Source of the DNA: Fulvivirga sp.
GTDB lineage: Bacteria > Bacteroidota > Bacteroidia > Cytophagales > Cyclobacteriaceae
Assembly: GCA_965284555.1 (NCBI GenBank)
Contig: OZ260091.1
Span: forward strand, 1,656,139 to 1,720,138
DNA length: 64,000 bases
Direction of reading: 5' to 3'
A program made the position numbers and the translations under genes. Below are positions 1 to 8,761 of this stretch, one piece after another. A model generated the notes under the pieces. That model did not search any database, had not been told where the DNA came from, and was given only the letters and a program-made list of their open reading frames with translations. Position 1 is the stretch's first letter. Every line of letters begins with the position of its first letter.

Positions 1-153
1 TGGGAATAGAAATGGTTTGTGAGTACACAAACCATGGAAGGGGAAAAGGACTAATTGATATTTGATATATTGAATAAATTATAGAGTACGAGCGGATGCT
101 AGAGCTATGGGTGGTCATCAGTCAGAAAAGTTTAGTGGTACTTGGAAAGTCAG

Positions 154-239
154 CGACAATGTGTAAATTCATTAATGTTTGTGTGCAGATGGCAAGCTTA
201 GTGCGTTTTAAGACCCACATCATAGCCATAACATTGGCG
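154..239. repeat. Degenerate imperfect palindrome resembling Bacteroidota intergenic cassette-like (attC-like) elements
   Basis: cgacaatg (154-161) and cattggcg (232-239) are inverted repeats with 1 mismatch, ~70 nt apart. The element lies just upstream of a small gene. The inner arms are poorly paired. Confidence 0.25.
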
Positions 240-292
240 ATAATTTTAAACCAACTTCAAAACTGAAACATAATAACTTAGAAAAATAAAAA

Positions 293-637
293 ATGAGCAA
301 TATACCTTTTCAAACAATTAATTGGAACAAAATCCCGAAAGTTGAGTACCCAGGCGAACTCGGTACTTCGTTCGGACAGACAATGCAATTTGAAGGACTA
401 AGAGTAAGAATTGTGGAATATAAAAATGGTTATTTGGCTGACCATTGGTGCCAAAAAGGACATATCGTTCATTGTTTGCAGGGAGAATTTGTAACTGAAT
501 TAGGGACTGGGGAAAAAGTTATTTTAAGTCAAGGTATGAGTTTTGTTGTATCGGATAATCTAAGTTCACATCGTTCATTTTCTGAAAATGGTGTCAAACT
601 CTTAATCGTTGACGGGGATTTTCTTAAAAACAAATGA
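293..637 (+). CDS. Small cupin-fold protein (DHCW-motif cupin family)
   Basis: 114 aa; YLADHWCQKGHIVHCLQGEF cupin motif 1 with His/Cys/Glu ligands and HRS motif 2. Confidence 0.8.
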   Translation: MSNIPFQTINWNKIPKVEYPGELGTSFGQTMQFEGLRVRIVEYKNGYLADHWCQKGHIVHCLQGEFVTELGTGEKVILSQGMSFVVSDNLSSHRSFSENGVKLLIVDGDFLKNK

Positions 638-993
638 AACATAAAATATATCGAATAGACGCATTTACTGACAAAATTTTTTCAGAAAATCCGATAGCAG
701 TTCAGGCACTTGGCCAATGCTTAAGTGATGACATTTTGAAAAAAGTAGCAATTAATCAATCTTGCTGAAACAGCCTTTTATGTAAAACAGAATAATTAAT
801 ATCAAATATGGTGGTTTATACTAACAGCTGAAATTAAACTTTTTGGACACACAATTTTGGCAGTAGCTTGTGCTTTGTTCAACTAAGGAAATCACAACTT
901 GAATATCATTCTCTTTTTTCGACAAGAAGCTTAGCGCTAATGGTAACTAAAAAAGTAGAATTGTTAGTATCAAATTTTTCTAAAGATATACTT
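634..993 (+). pseudogene. PhzF-family (diaminopimelate epimerase-like) gene, 5' part, disrupted
   Basis: ATG overlaps the cupin stop (ATGA). Translation gives MKHKIYRIDAFTDKIFSENP..., then a frameshift near 765, then LAETAFYVK-stop-YQIWWF..KLFGHTILA..stop. These match PhzF IDAFT-GNP, AETAF and LCGHAT motifs, with a frameshift, at least 2 in-frame stops and no 3' half. Confidence 0.75.
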
Positions 994-1240
994 TTACTCG
1001 ATCTGGCCAATTGGGATGCGCGGCCTCATGAGTTTGTTCATGAGAAAACCGTGAATCCAATAAGTGGAAAGTATTGGTTCAAACACAAACTGCTGAGACG
1101 TTCCTTCTCGGTAATCAAAAGTGCACTGCCCTATGTGTTCCATTACCTAGATAACCCACGGATACCAAAATCGACCAATGGGCTTGAGTCCTTCTTTGGG
1201 CATATGAAAACAAACTTGCATGTCCACAGAGGGCTTTCAA
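994..1240 (+). mobile_element. IS256/Mutator-like transposase C-terminal remnant
   Basis: Internal part of track ORF 868-1392 reads EKTVNPISGKYWFKHKLLRRSF..LPYVFHYLDNPRIPKSTNGLESFFGHMK..HVHRGL. TNGLES (1174-1191) resembles the catalytic Glu motif of IS256/Mutator DDE transposases. The segment is visibly more GC-rich than its flanks. No 5' part or IS ends seen. Confidence 0.65.
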
Positions 1241-1670
1241 AACTGTTGACCCCGCTCCAAGTGCATCTTCGATTTTACAACACATGCGTGATTTCGCTGC
1301 GCATCCGTCTAGTATTTATGAATTTACCTTTCCTTGGGAAGAAGTGCATCCTACAAATTTTCAAATGTCATTTGAAAATTTGCTGTCAGTAGACGATGCA
1401 ATAGTAATCGGAGTACAATTTGATGGTAATATACCGGCTAATGTTCGAGTTCAGCCTCATAATGCTTTGTTTTTCGACTATCAACCTGTTAATAGTTTAA
1501 TTGAGGTAATTAATTCATATGGGGAAATATTTTGGCAAGATAATGTAAATGATAAGGTTTGGGTTAAATTAAGAGGGGGAAGATGGGGATTTTGGACTAA
1601 TAATGAAGATGAAGATACACCGGACAGTGACGAATTATTATATGAACCTACCTTATTAAAAATCTTTTAG
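1241..1670 (+). pseudogene. 3' fragment of a larger gene, possibly the C-terminus of a G8-domain secreted protein
   Basis: The frame of track ORF 1284-1670 stays open upstream into the transposase remnant, and it has no signal peptide. HMRDFAA..YEFTFP and FWQDNVNDKVWVKLRGG resemble C-termini of bacterial G8-domain proteins (from recall, not searched). Confidence 0.35.
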
Positions 1671-1750
1671 TTAAAATTTGTTAACATATTTTAATTCAAT
1701 AAGTCCTTAATAATCAGTAATTTAAACGATGAACTTAATCGGTTTATCGT

Positions 1751-2071
1751 ATGAGAAAATTATTGTCAATTATTACCATAATTTTACTTCAAATTCATAT
1801 TGGTTTTGCAAATGAAAAAGCCACCTTAAGTAAAAAAGATAAATTAAAAATTGATTCCCTCAATGAATTATCCTTTAAAACAAGAGTAAATAATAAAACA
1901 ATCTCAATTAATGCGGCTCGATTAGCCATTAAGGACAGTGTTTTAGTAGACTATGAAGATGGGCTCTATAAGGGTTATTTAAACTTGGGTATCAATTTAC
2001 ATTTCTATTTACCACCTCAACTCATTTCTCTCAAAAGTCATACAAATGATCGATCGACATGCGGTCGTTAA
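1751..2071 (+). pseudogene. Truncated N-terminus of a TPR-containing membrane sensor/regulator
   Basis: Signal peptide, then KIDSLNELSF..AARLAIKDSVLVDYEDGLYKGYLNLG, the typical first TPR-like helices of Bacteroidota TPR sensor kinases. The sequence then loses similarity and runs 41 nt into the convergent gene. Confidence 0.45.
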
Positions 2072-2585
2072 GCCCATTGGCGTAGTGTATTTTTCTGATA
2101 ATACCCCCGCCATCAATTAAAAACTCTGCCGGCATTGTTTTGATAGACTCGTTGCCGGCCATCAAATGCATCGGTAATCCCGCCATTTTAGCTTTTATCG
2201 CTGTTTGAATAAAAGAAGTAAGATGGCTTTTAGTAGATTTAGCGGCCGACTGTTCAATACCATATGTTTGATACCAAATTTTATCAGGATCAGCAAGAAG
2301 CGGAATGGGCGAGATTTCTTTATGAAATATACTTGCCAATAGCACTTTTTTAGGTGACTCAAAAAAGAAAATCATTTCTAACCCCTTTTCCTTAAGTGTC
2401 TCACGGTGTTTTTGCAAAAAGTGCACTCTTAAATTGCAAAATGGACAACCCGCATGTCTGAAAAAGGCCAAAAACACTTTTCTTCCCTTGTAATTTTCTA
2501 AGTTTATTGCTCGGTCATAAACATCAATCAAATTAAATGTGGGTGCCTTTACATTTACTTCTAAGGTTATTCTTTCTGGGGTCAT
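2031..2585 (-). CDS. AhpC/TSA-family peroxiredoxin-like redoxin
   Basis: 184 aa thioredoxin fold; FFRHAGCPFCNLR CxxC motif; MPAEFLID. Confidence 0.8.
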   Translation of the reverse strand: MTPERITLEVNVKAPTFNLIDVYDRAINLENYKGRKVFLAFFRHAGCPFCNLRVHFLQKHRETLKEKGLEMIFFFESPKKVLLASIFHKEISPIPLLADPDKIWYQTYGIEQSAAKSTKSHLTSFIQTAIKAKMAGLPMHLMAGNESIKTMPAEFLIDGGGIIRKIHYANGLNDRMSIDHLYDF

Positions 2586-2685
2586 TATTATTTTTAATTA
2601 AACTTTCCAAAGCTAATCCATTTACGTATTTATCTTTAACACTGGATTTTCTAACTTGTAATAGTTTAACCACAAAAAAGGAGTA

Positions 2686-3378
2686 ATGTTAAAATTGGTT
2701 GTACTTTCTGGAGCAGGCATAAGTGCAGAAAGTGGCTTGGCTACTTTTCGTGATGCGGGAGGATTATGGGAAGGGCATGATGTAATGGAGGTTGCCTCTC
2801 CACAAGGATGGCATAAAAACAGGGAATTGGTGCTCAACTTTTATAATGAAAGAAGAAAGGCAGCAGCGAAGGCTGTGCCAAACACCGGGCATCTAGTTTT
2901 GGCAGAACTAGAAAATGATTTTGATGTAACCATAATCACACAAAATGTAGATGATTTGCATGAAAAGGCAGGTTCTAGCCATGTGGTGCATTTGCATGGA
3001 AAATTGAGTGAGGCAAGAAGCTCTAAAGATGAGAGTCTAATTTATCATATTGGAGATAAGCCTATTGCCATTGGTGATGTTTGTGAACTGGGGAGCCAAC
3101 TCAGGCCCAATATAGTATGGTTTGGCGAAATGGTGCCCATGATTGAATCAGCAGCTCAAATTAGCCAACAAGCTGATATTTTTATTGTAGTTGGCACTTC
3201 ATTGGCCGTATATCCCGCTGCTAGTTTAATAGACTTTGTACCTCATGATACCTGCGTGTATGTCGTTGACCCAAATATGCCTCATGTTAATCCAAGGAGT
3301 AACATTAAACTGATTAAAGCAAAAGCTACAGTTGGTTTAAAACAAATTGCTGATGAATTAAAAGCCACCTTTCACTAG
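2686..3378 (+). CDS. cobB: NAD-dependent protein deacylase, Sir2/CobB class III
   Basis: GAGISAESG, TFRD, TQNVDDLHE, HLHG, RPNIVWFGE and GTSLAVYPAA motifs. Confidence 0.92.
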   Translation: MLKLVVLSGAGISAESGLATFRDAGGLWEGHDVMEVASPQGWHKNRELVLNFYNERRKAAAKAVPNTGHLVLAELENDFDVTIITQNVDDLHEKAGSSHVVHLHGKLSEARSSKDESLIYHIGDKPIAIGDVCELGSQLRPNIVWFGEMVPMIESAAQISQQADIFIVVGTSLAVYPAASLIDFVPHDTCVYVVDPNMPHVNPRSNIKLIKAKATVGLKQIADELKATFH

Positions 3379-3379
3379 T

Positions 3380-3952
3380 CTACTTTTTGTTTAAGTTATT
3401 CAGAAAGTTGATAAATGACTTTTTGTTATAATTGGCCATACCTACATTTTTGCTTGCTACTTTTCCTGTTTTATCAATTACAAATGTAGTTGGTATTGAA
3501 GGTACTCTAAACAATTCTGGCATTTCGCTTGCTGCCTGATAAACGGGAAAAGTAAAGCCCTTTTTGTCAATGAATTTTTTGGCTTTTTCACCACTTTTAT
3601 CTACTGAAAGCATTACAAAAGCAATATCTTCACTTTTAACTTTCTCATATAAAGCCTGAATATTAGGCATCTCAGCCACACAAGGTGCACACCATGTTGC
3701 CCAAATGTTTAAAAAAATTACTTTCCCTTTCAGTTCTTCCATTTTTACTAGTTGGCCTTCAAGCGTTTTCAATTCGAAGTTATAGTCCATCACTTCGTTC
3801 ATTTCGCTATCAAGAGATGTATCGGGTGTGATAAGACCTGTATGTAAAATCATGCGTTGGGCAAATGCTGCCACTTCGGTATGTAGGCCTGTAAAATACA
3901 GTACTAAAAAGATGCCTGCTATTACGCCCCATTCTTTAATAAATTTCTTCAT
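3380..3952 (-). CDS. TlpA-family thiol:disulfide oxidoreductase
   Basis: N-terminal membrane anchor; FLNIWATWCAPCVAEMP; SIPTTFVID. Confidence 0.88.
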   Translation of the reverse strand: MKKFIKEWGVIAGIFLVLYFTGLHTEVAAFAQRMILHTGLITPDTSLDSEMNEVMDYNFELKTLEGQLVKMEELKGKVIFLNIWATWCAPCVAEMPNIQALYEKVKSEDIAFVMLSVDKSGEKAKKFIDKKGFTFPVYQAASEMPELFRVPSIPTTFVIDKTGKVASKNVGMANYNKKSFINFLNNLNKK

Positions 3953-4102
3953 AAGTTAATTTTTCAATAGTTAACTTTTAACATTTTCAGTACCAAACTA
4001 ATTCAAAACTATGAATTGTTTGGTCAATTTAGAGATATTATCATTATCAAAAATGGTGGATAACTTCATTGAGTTTAGCATTTCACCACAACCAATATTT
4101 TA

Positions 4103-4110
4103 TACATTTG
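4103..4110 (+). promoter_or_regulatory. Bacteroidota sigma70 -7 element (TAnnTTTG) of tex
   Basis: tacatttg is an exact consensus match 27 nt upstream of the tex ATG. Confidence 0.55.
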
Positions 4111-4136
4111 CCGAATTGTTTTTATAACCTATTATC

Positions 4137-6386
4137 ATGATTGAAAATTCTTTAAAAGTTGCCAATGAGTTGAGCATTAGCCATAAACAAGTTAATGCAG
4201 TGATAGAATTGCTCGATGAAGGAGCTACCATCCCTTTTATTTCTAGGTATAGAAAGGAAGTAACAGGTAGCTTGGATGAGGTGCAGATTGCCAATATCCG
4301 TGACCGCATTGAACAACTGAGGGAATTAGAAAAAAGAAGGGATGCCATCCTTAAATCCATAGAAAAGCAAGAAAAACTCACGCCAGAGTTAGAAGCGCAA
4401 ATCAATGCGGCAGAAACTATAGCAGAATTAGAAGATATCTATCTGCCATATAAGCCAAAGAGAAAAACCAAAGCCTCTGTTGCAAAAGAAAAGGGACTTG
4501 AGCCATTGGCACTGCTCATTTTTGAGCAAGGCAATATTGATGTGGAGTTTGAGGCAGCCAAGTTCATTGATGCTGAAAAGGAAGTAAATTCGTCTGAAGA
4601 GGCCATGCAAGGTGCTCGCGATATAATTGCAGAGTGGATTAACGAAAATCAGGAGGCTCGAAAGGAGATGCGCCTACTTTTTGAAAAAGAGGCCATAATT
4701 GTTTCGAAACTTATAAAAGGTAAGGAAGAGGAAGGGCAGAAATTCAAAGACTATTTTGAATGGGAGGAGCCACTAGCTAAAATTCCATCACACCGACTTT
4801 TGGCATTGAGAAGAGGCGAAAAGGAGATGATTTTAGCGCTTGACATTGCACCTGAAGATGAAAAGGCAGAGGCGTTATTATCACGCTTATTTATCAAAAA
4901 TAACTCTGATGCAGCGGCTCAGGTACAATTGGCTATTGTAGATAGCTATAAAAGATTACTTCGTCCATCAATGGAGACAGAAATGCGTATGTTGTCTAAA
5001 CAAAAGGCAGACTTTGATGCGATAAATGTATTTGCTGACAACTTGAGAAAACTACTTCTTGCCGCACCACTAGGTCAGAAAAATGTATTGGCCATAGATC
5101 CCGGATTCCGAACAGGCTGCAAGATAGTTGTGCTCAATGAGCAAGGTAAACTTTTGAAAAACGATACCATTTACCCTAACGAACCTCAAAAGCGAATTGC
5201 TGAATCAGGTGCTGTAATAAAACATTTGGTGCAGGAATATGGTGTGGAGGCCATTGCCATTGGTAACGGAACTGCCAGCCGTGAAACCGAGAAATTTGTG
5301 AAGGATCTTAACTTGCCTAAATCGGTGATGGTGCTTATGGTAAATGAAAGTGGGGCATCCATTTACTCGGCCTCTGATGTAGCTCGAGAAGAATTTCCTG
5401 ATTATGATATTACCGTGCGAGGTGCTGTTTCAATTGGCCGCAGACTGATGGATCCATTGGCTGAATTAGTAAAGATTGATGCCAAATCCATTGGTGTTGG
5501 ACAATATCAACATGATGTTGATCAACATGCTTTAAAACATGGCTTAGATGATGTGGTAATGAGTTGCGTTAACTCGGTAGGTGTGGAGTTAAATACCGCT
5601 AGCAAAGAGTTATTATCCTACGTGTCAGGTTTAGGGCCACAATTGGCCAAAAGTATTGTTACTTACCGTAATGAAAACGGCCCTTTTAAAGACAGAAAGG
5701 CACTAACCAACGTGCCCCGCTTGGGAGATAAGGCCTTTGAGCAAGCAGCAGGTTTCTTGCGTATTCAGGCTTCTCACAATCCACTTGACAAATCGGCCGT
5801 GCACCCTGAGAGCTACCATATCGTTGAAAAAATGGCAAAAGATTTGGGTTGCACAATCCACGATTTGATGCAAAATGCCGATATGCGAGCCAAAATTAAG
5901 TTGCAACAGTATGTTACAGATCAAGTAGGGTTACCCACACTCAATGATATTATGGATGAGTTGGCCAGACCAGGCCGAGACCCTCGAGAGTCATTTGAGG
6001 TGTTTAGTTTTCAAGAGGGAGTAAATGAAATTAGCGACTTGCGTGTGGGTATGGTGCTGCCTGGCATAGTAACCAACGTAACTAACTTTGGCGCCTTTGT
6101 AGATATTGGTGTGCACCAAGATGGTTTGGTACACATTAGTCATTTGTCAGATAATTTTGTTAAAAATCCAGCTGAGCATGTATCGGTTCAGCAACCTGTT
6201 ACAGTTACAGTAATGGAGGTTGATGTCAATAGAAAAAGGATTGGACTCTCCATGAAAAAGGATCCTTTTGGAAAAAATCCACCTAAAAAGGAACAAAAAC
6301 CACGATCAAAGCAAGCCGACAAATCATCTACAGAAGGGGATTTGCAGCATAAATTAGCGCAGCTAAAGGGAATGTTCAATGGATAA
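4137..6386 (+). CDS. tex: Tex/YhgF RNA-binding transcriptional accessory protein
   Basis: GATIPFISRYRKEVTGSLDE N-terminus, YqgF-like AIDPGFRTGCK, IGVGQYQHDV and C-terminal S1 domain (NFGAFVDIGVHQDGLVHIS). Confidence 0.95.
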   Translation: MIENSLKVANELSISHKQVNAVIELLDEGATIPFISRYRKEVTGSLDEVQIANIRDRIEQLRELEKRRDAILKSIEKQEKLTPELEAQINAAETIAELEDIYLPYKPKRKTKASVAKEKGLEPLALLIFEQGNIDVEFEAAKFIDAEKEVNSSEEAMQGARDIIAEWINENQEARKEMRLLFEKEAIIVSKLIKGKEEEGQKFKDYFEWEEPLAKIPSHRLLALRRGEKEMILALDIAPEDEKAEALLSRLFIKNNSDAAAQVQLAIVDSYKRLLRPSMETEMRMLSKQKADFDAINVFADNLRKLLLAAPLGQKNVLAIDPGFRTGCKIVVLNEQGKLLKNDTIYPNEPQKRIAESGAVIKHLVQEYGVEAIAIGNGTASRETEKFVKDLNLPKSVMVLMVNESGASIYSASDVAREEFPDYDITVRGAVSIGRRLMDPLAELVKIDAKSIGVGQYQHDVDQHALKHGLDDVVMSCVNSVGVELNTASKELLSYVSGLGPQLAKSIVTYRNENGPFKDRKALTNVPRLGDKAFEQAAGFLRIQASHNPLDKSAVHPESYHIVEKMAKDLGCTIHDLMQNADMRAKIKLQQYVTDQVGLPTLNDIMDELARPGRDPRESFEVFSFQEGVNEISDLRVGMVLPGIVTNVTNFGAFVDIGVHQDGLVHISHLSDNFVKNPAEHVSVQQPVTVTVMEVDVNRKRIGLSMKKDPFGKNPPKKEQKPRSKQADKSSTEGDLQHKLAQLKGMFNG

Positions 6387-6428
6387 ACTCATAGATTTTA
6401 TTAACTTGCTTAAATAAAATAGCTGGCT

Positions 6429-8240
6429 ATGCAAAAATTTAAGATTTTACTACTTTTTGCTTTATTCGTTTGCAGTTCAGTTCAGGCACAAAAAATAAAG
6501 TATAAAGACCTTTTTTATCTGTTAGAAACGGGTAATTATAAAGATGGTGAACCACTTTTAAAAACGTTTCTCTCAGATCCTAAAAATGCTGATAATGGCA
6601 ATGCCAATTTACAGATGGCTTACATATATCAAAAGAAAGCGGAATCAACGGATGTAATTTTGGATGCCGAAGCTTTGACTGTTAATGTCGATTCTGCTAT
6701 ATTTTTTTATAATAAGGCTATCCAGTTTATTGACGAAAAGGAATTGAAAAAAAATGATGAATTTTATCAGGCTTTTCAACGAAGGGATATTCGAACTGGT
6801 AAATTCGGAGTTAAACTGGCTGATATTCAATTTGATATTGAAAACAGAACCAAAGCACTAAATGATCGAAAAGATAAGGTGCTAGAATTGCAGATTTATT
6901 ATTCCAAGGCTAATGAAACGTATACTAAGGCAGTTGGTCAATTTAAGCGTATTAAAGGCGAGTATCCAACCAAAAAAATTCTTTATTTAAGATCTAATGA
7001 GGAATTACTGAAGGAAGTTGCTGAACTGAAATCAAATGTTACCATTGCAATTCAAAATTTTGATTATTACCAATCTACATTAAAGAAAATAGATAAGCCT
7101 GGTTATGCTCCTGTTAGGCATATGAAAGAGATTCTGGATTATGAGCGCGATGGTGAATCAATGGCCTTACTGACTTCTGATAACGTTGATATTTGGGATT
7201 TTGGCAAATGGGCAGATGAAGTAGAGCAAGGTGTGAAAAACAATATTACCCCCTTGAGAGATGAATTGATTGAGTATGATAAAGGGTTAGATTTATTACT
7301 TTCTCGTGTAATAGAGGATTCTATGTCAGTGTCTGATAAATTAAAACCACTAAATGCTCTTTCAGCCAAGATGCGCGAATATGATAGTGATCCTTTACCT
7401 GAATATATATTTAGGTATAAGACTGCTGAAATTAAACGACTTTCAGCCATCATGGAGAATTTAGACAGTTTGAATTCTGAAGATATCGTCTACCAATTGA
7501 CTCAAACAAAAAAAAATGTAGCTAGTTTGGCTATAATGGATAGCATGGTAAACTTGTTAGTTAGCAGAAATATAAATGAGGATTTTAAAAATTACAAAAC
7601 TTTCATTACTACTCAGTATCAGGGCCAAGAAGGATTCCAAAACTATATAAGAGGATTGGTTGATAATGTAATGATTCAAAAAAAGATTGCTACGCAACAG
7701 GCCGATCAACTTGATGAAAGAGCTAAATGGTTAATTGGAGAATCTGATTCGATACCTTTATTTAAGGAGGTTAATGTAGGTTTATCAAAATATGTGCCAC
7801 TTTACCTTGATGAAAACCTGACTGCCGGTTTATATTTCTCAGGTAAAACGCCAGCGGAAGGTTATTTTGCCACTATTACCAATACCAGAAGGCAGGAGTT
7901 AAAAGTTACTTTTAAAATTGACACCGAACATTTCAAAAAACAAAACATTGAGGCAACACAGACTTTATTGGCCTCAGACCCTGAGGGTCATTTCTATTAT
8001 TTAATGTTTTATGCTCCTATTGATGAAAAGGAAGAATATGCTGCTAGTTTGTGCAAAGTCTATACTTCTGATGGGTTGGCATGGGAGAAAAATGTTTTAT
8101 TAGAAACCAGACCAACGCAAATGATTATCAATAAAAATACTGGTGATTTAATTGTTGAATACGACATGGAAAACTATGTAGGCGCTGTTGCAATTAATGA
8201 CCGCAAGGTATTTGACAAAAAAGGAGCAGAGAAGCCATAA
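6429..8240 (+). CDS. Secreted/periplasmic helical protein of unknown function
   Basis: 603 aa ORF with Sec signal (…CSSVQAQ); helical N-terminal part and beta-rich C-terminal ~150 aa; no motif recognised. Confidence 0.75.
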   Translation: MQKFKILLLFALFVCSSVQAQKIKYKDLFYLLETGNYKDGEPLLKTFLSDPKNADNGNANLQMAYIYQKKAESTDVILDAEALTVNVDSAIFFYNKAIQFIDEKELKKNDEFYQAFQRRDIRTGKFGVKLADIQFDIENRTKALNDRKDKVLELQIYYSKANETYTKAVGQFKRIKGEYPTKKILYLRSNEELLKEVAELKSNVTIAIQNFDYYQSTLKKIDKPGYAPVRHMKEILDYERDGESMALLTSDNVDIWDFGKWADEVEQGVKNNITPLRDELIEYDKGLDLLLSRVIEDSMSVSDKLKPLNALSAKMREYDSDPLPEYIFRYKTAEIKRLSAIMENLDSLNSEDIVYQLTQTKKNVASLAIMDSMVNLLVSRNINEDFKNYKTFITTQYQGQEGFQNYIRGLVDNVMIQKKIATQQADQLDERAKWLIGESDSIPLFKEVNVGLSKYVPLYLDENLTAGLYFSGKTPAEGYFATITNTRRQELKVTFKIDTEHFKKQNIEATQTLLASDPEGHFYYLMFYAPIDEKEEYAASLCKVYTSDGLAWEKNVLLETRPTQMIINKNTGDLIVEYDMENYVGAVAINDRKVFDKKGAEKP

Positions 8241-8243
8241 AAA

Positions 8244-8263
8244 AAGCCTTGAGATCAAGGCTT
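8244..8263. terminator. Bidirectional intrinsic terminator
   Basis: aagccttga / tcaaggctt stem between convergent genes, preceded by an A-run. Confidence 0.6.
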
Positions 8264-8717
8264 ATTGTTTTCCTACCAGCTTAAGCCAGTCGGTGTAGCG
8301 AACGTCTATTCTACTTTTAATGGCCTCGTAGTGCTCCCAAGTATCTTTGACATGATAAATAGAAGGTAATTTTTTTACTAATACCTCATCATAATCATTA
8401 CGATACAAACCTCCACCATAGTAGTAGTAGGTAAACATGTTGCCATTTTTGTTAAATAACTCAAAGCCCAAGTAGCCGTCCCAGATTTCACTTAAGATTG
8501 TACAAGAAATTTCTCTTCTCTTAAAGCGGAAGATTTGCATATCGGCTTCTTCTTCAAAATATTCAGAATATAAATCGCTGTCAATTATCCAGCCCAAATA
8601 CATTCCTATATGTACATAAGCTTGCTCTATGGGTAAAGAATCAGGAAAATTTCCTAAAAAATGACTCTTTGCATTATCATAGATCGTTTTTTGTATTTCA
8701 GTCTTTTTGTCGCTCAT
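8262..8717 (-). CDS. Conserved hypothetical protein
   Basis: 151 aa; YDNAKSHFLGNFP..AYVHIGMYLGW motif typical of a widespread uncharacterised family. Confidence 0.7.
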   Translation of the reverse strand: MSDKKTEIQKTIYDNAKSHFLGNFPDSLPIEQAYVHIGMYLGWIIDSDLYSEYFEEEADMQIFRFKRREISCTILSEIWDGYLGFELFNKNGNMFTYYYYGGGLYRNDYDEVLVKKLPSIYHVKDTWEHYEAIKSRIDVRYTDWLKLVGKQ

Positions 8718-8761
8718 AAAGGTCAGGTTGTTAATAATTATGAAATATAGTCATTTGCATT

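Noticed and set aside
1-166. Possible 3' end of an upstream gene (…ADARAMGGHQSEKFSGTWKVSDNV)
   Set aside because: The frame is closed by a stop at 71-73 and no family is recognisable; too little evidence to annotate
1000-1003. GATC at the PhzF/transposase junction suggesting a restriction-ligation chimera
   Set aside because: The other junctions (~1240, ~1995) have no such site, and GATC is common
868-1392. Track ORF of 174 aa as a real gene
   Set aside because: It is an in-frame chimera of the PhzF remnant, the transposase remnant and read-through over another gene's frame
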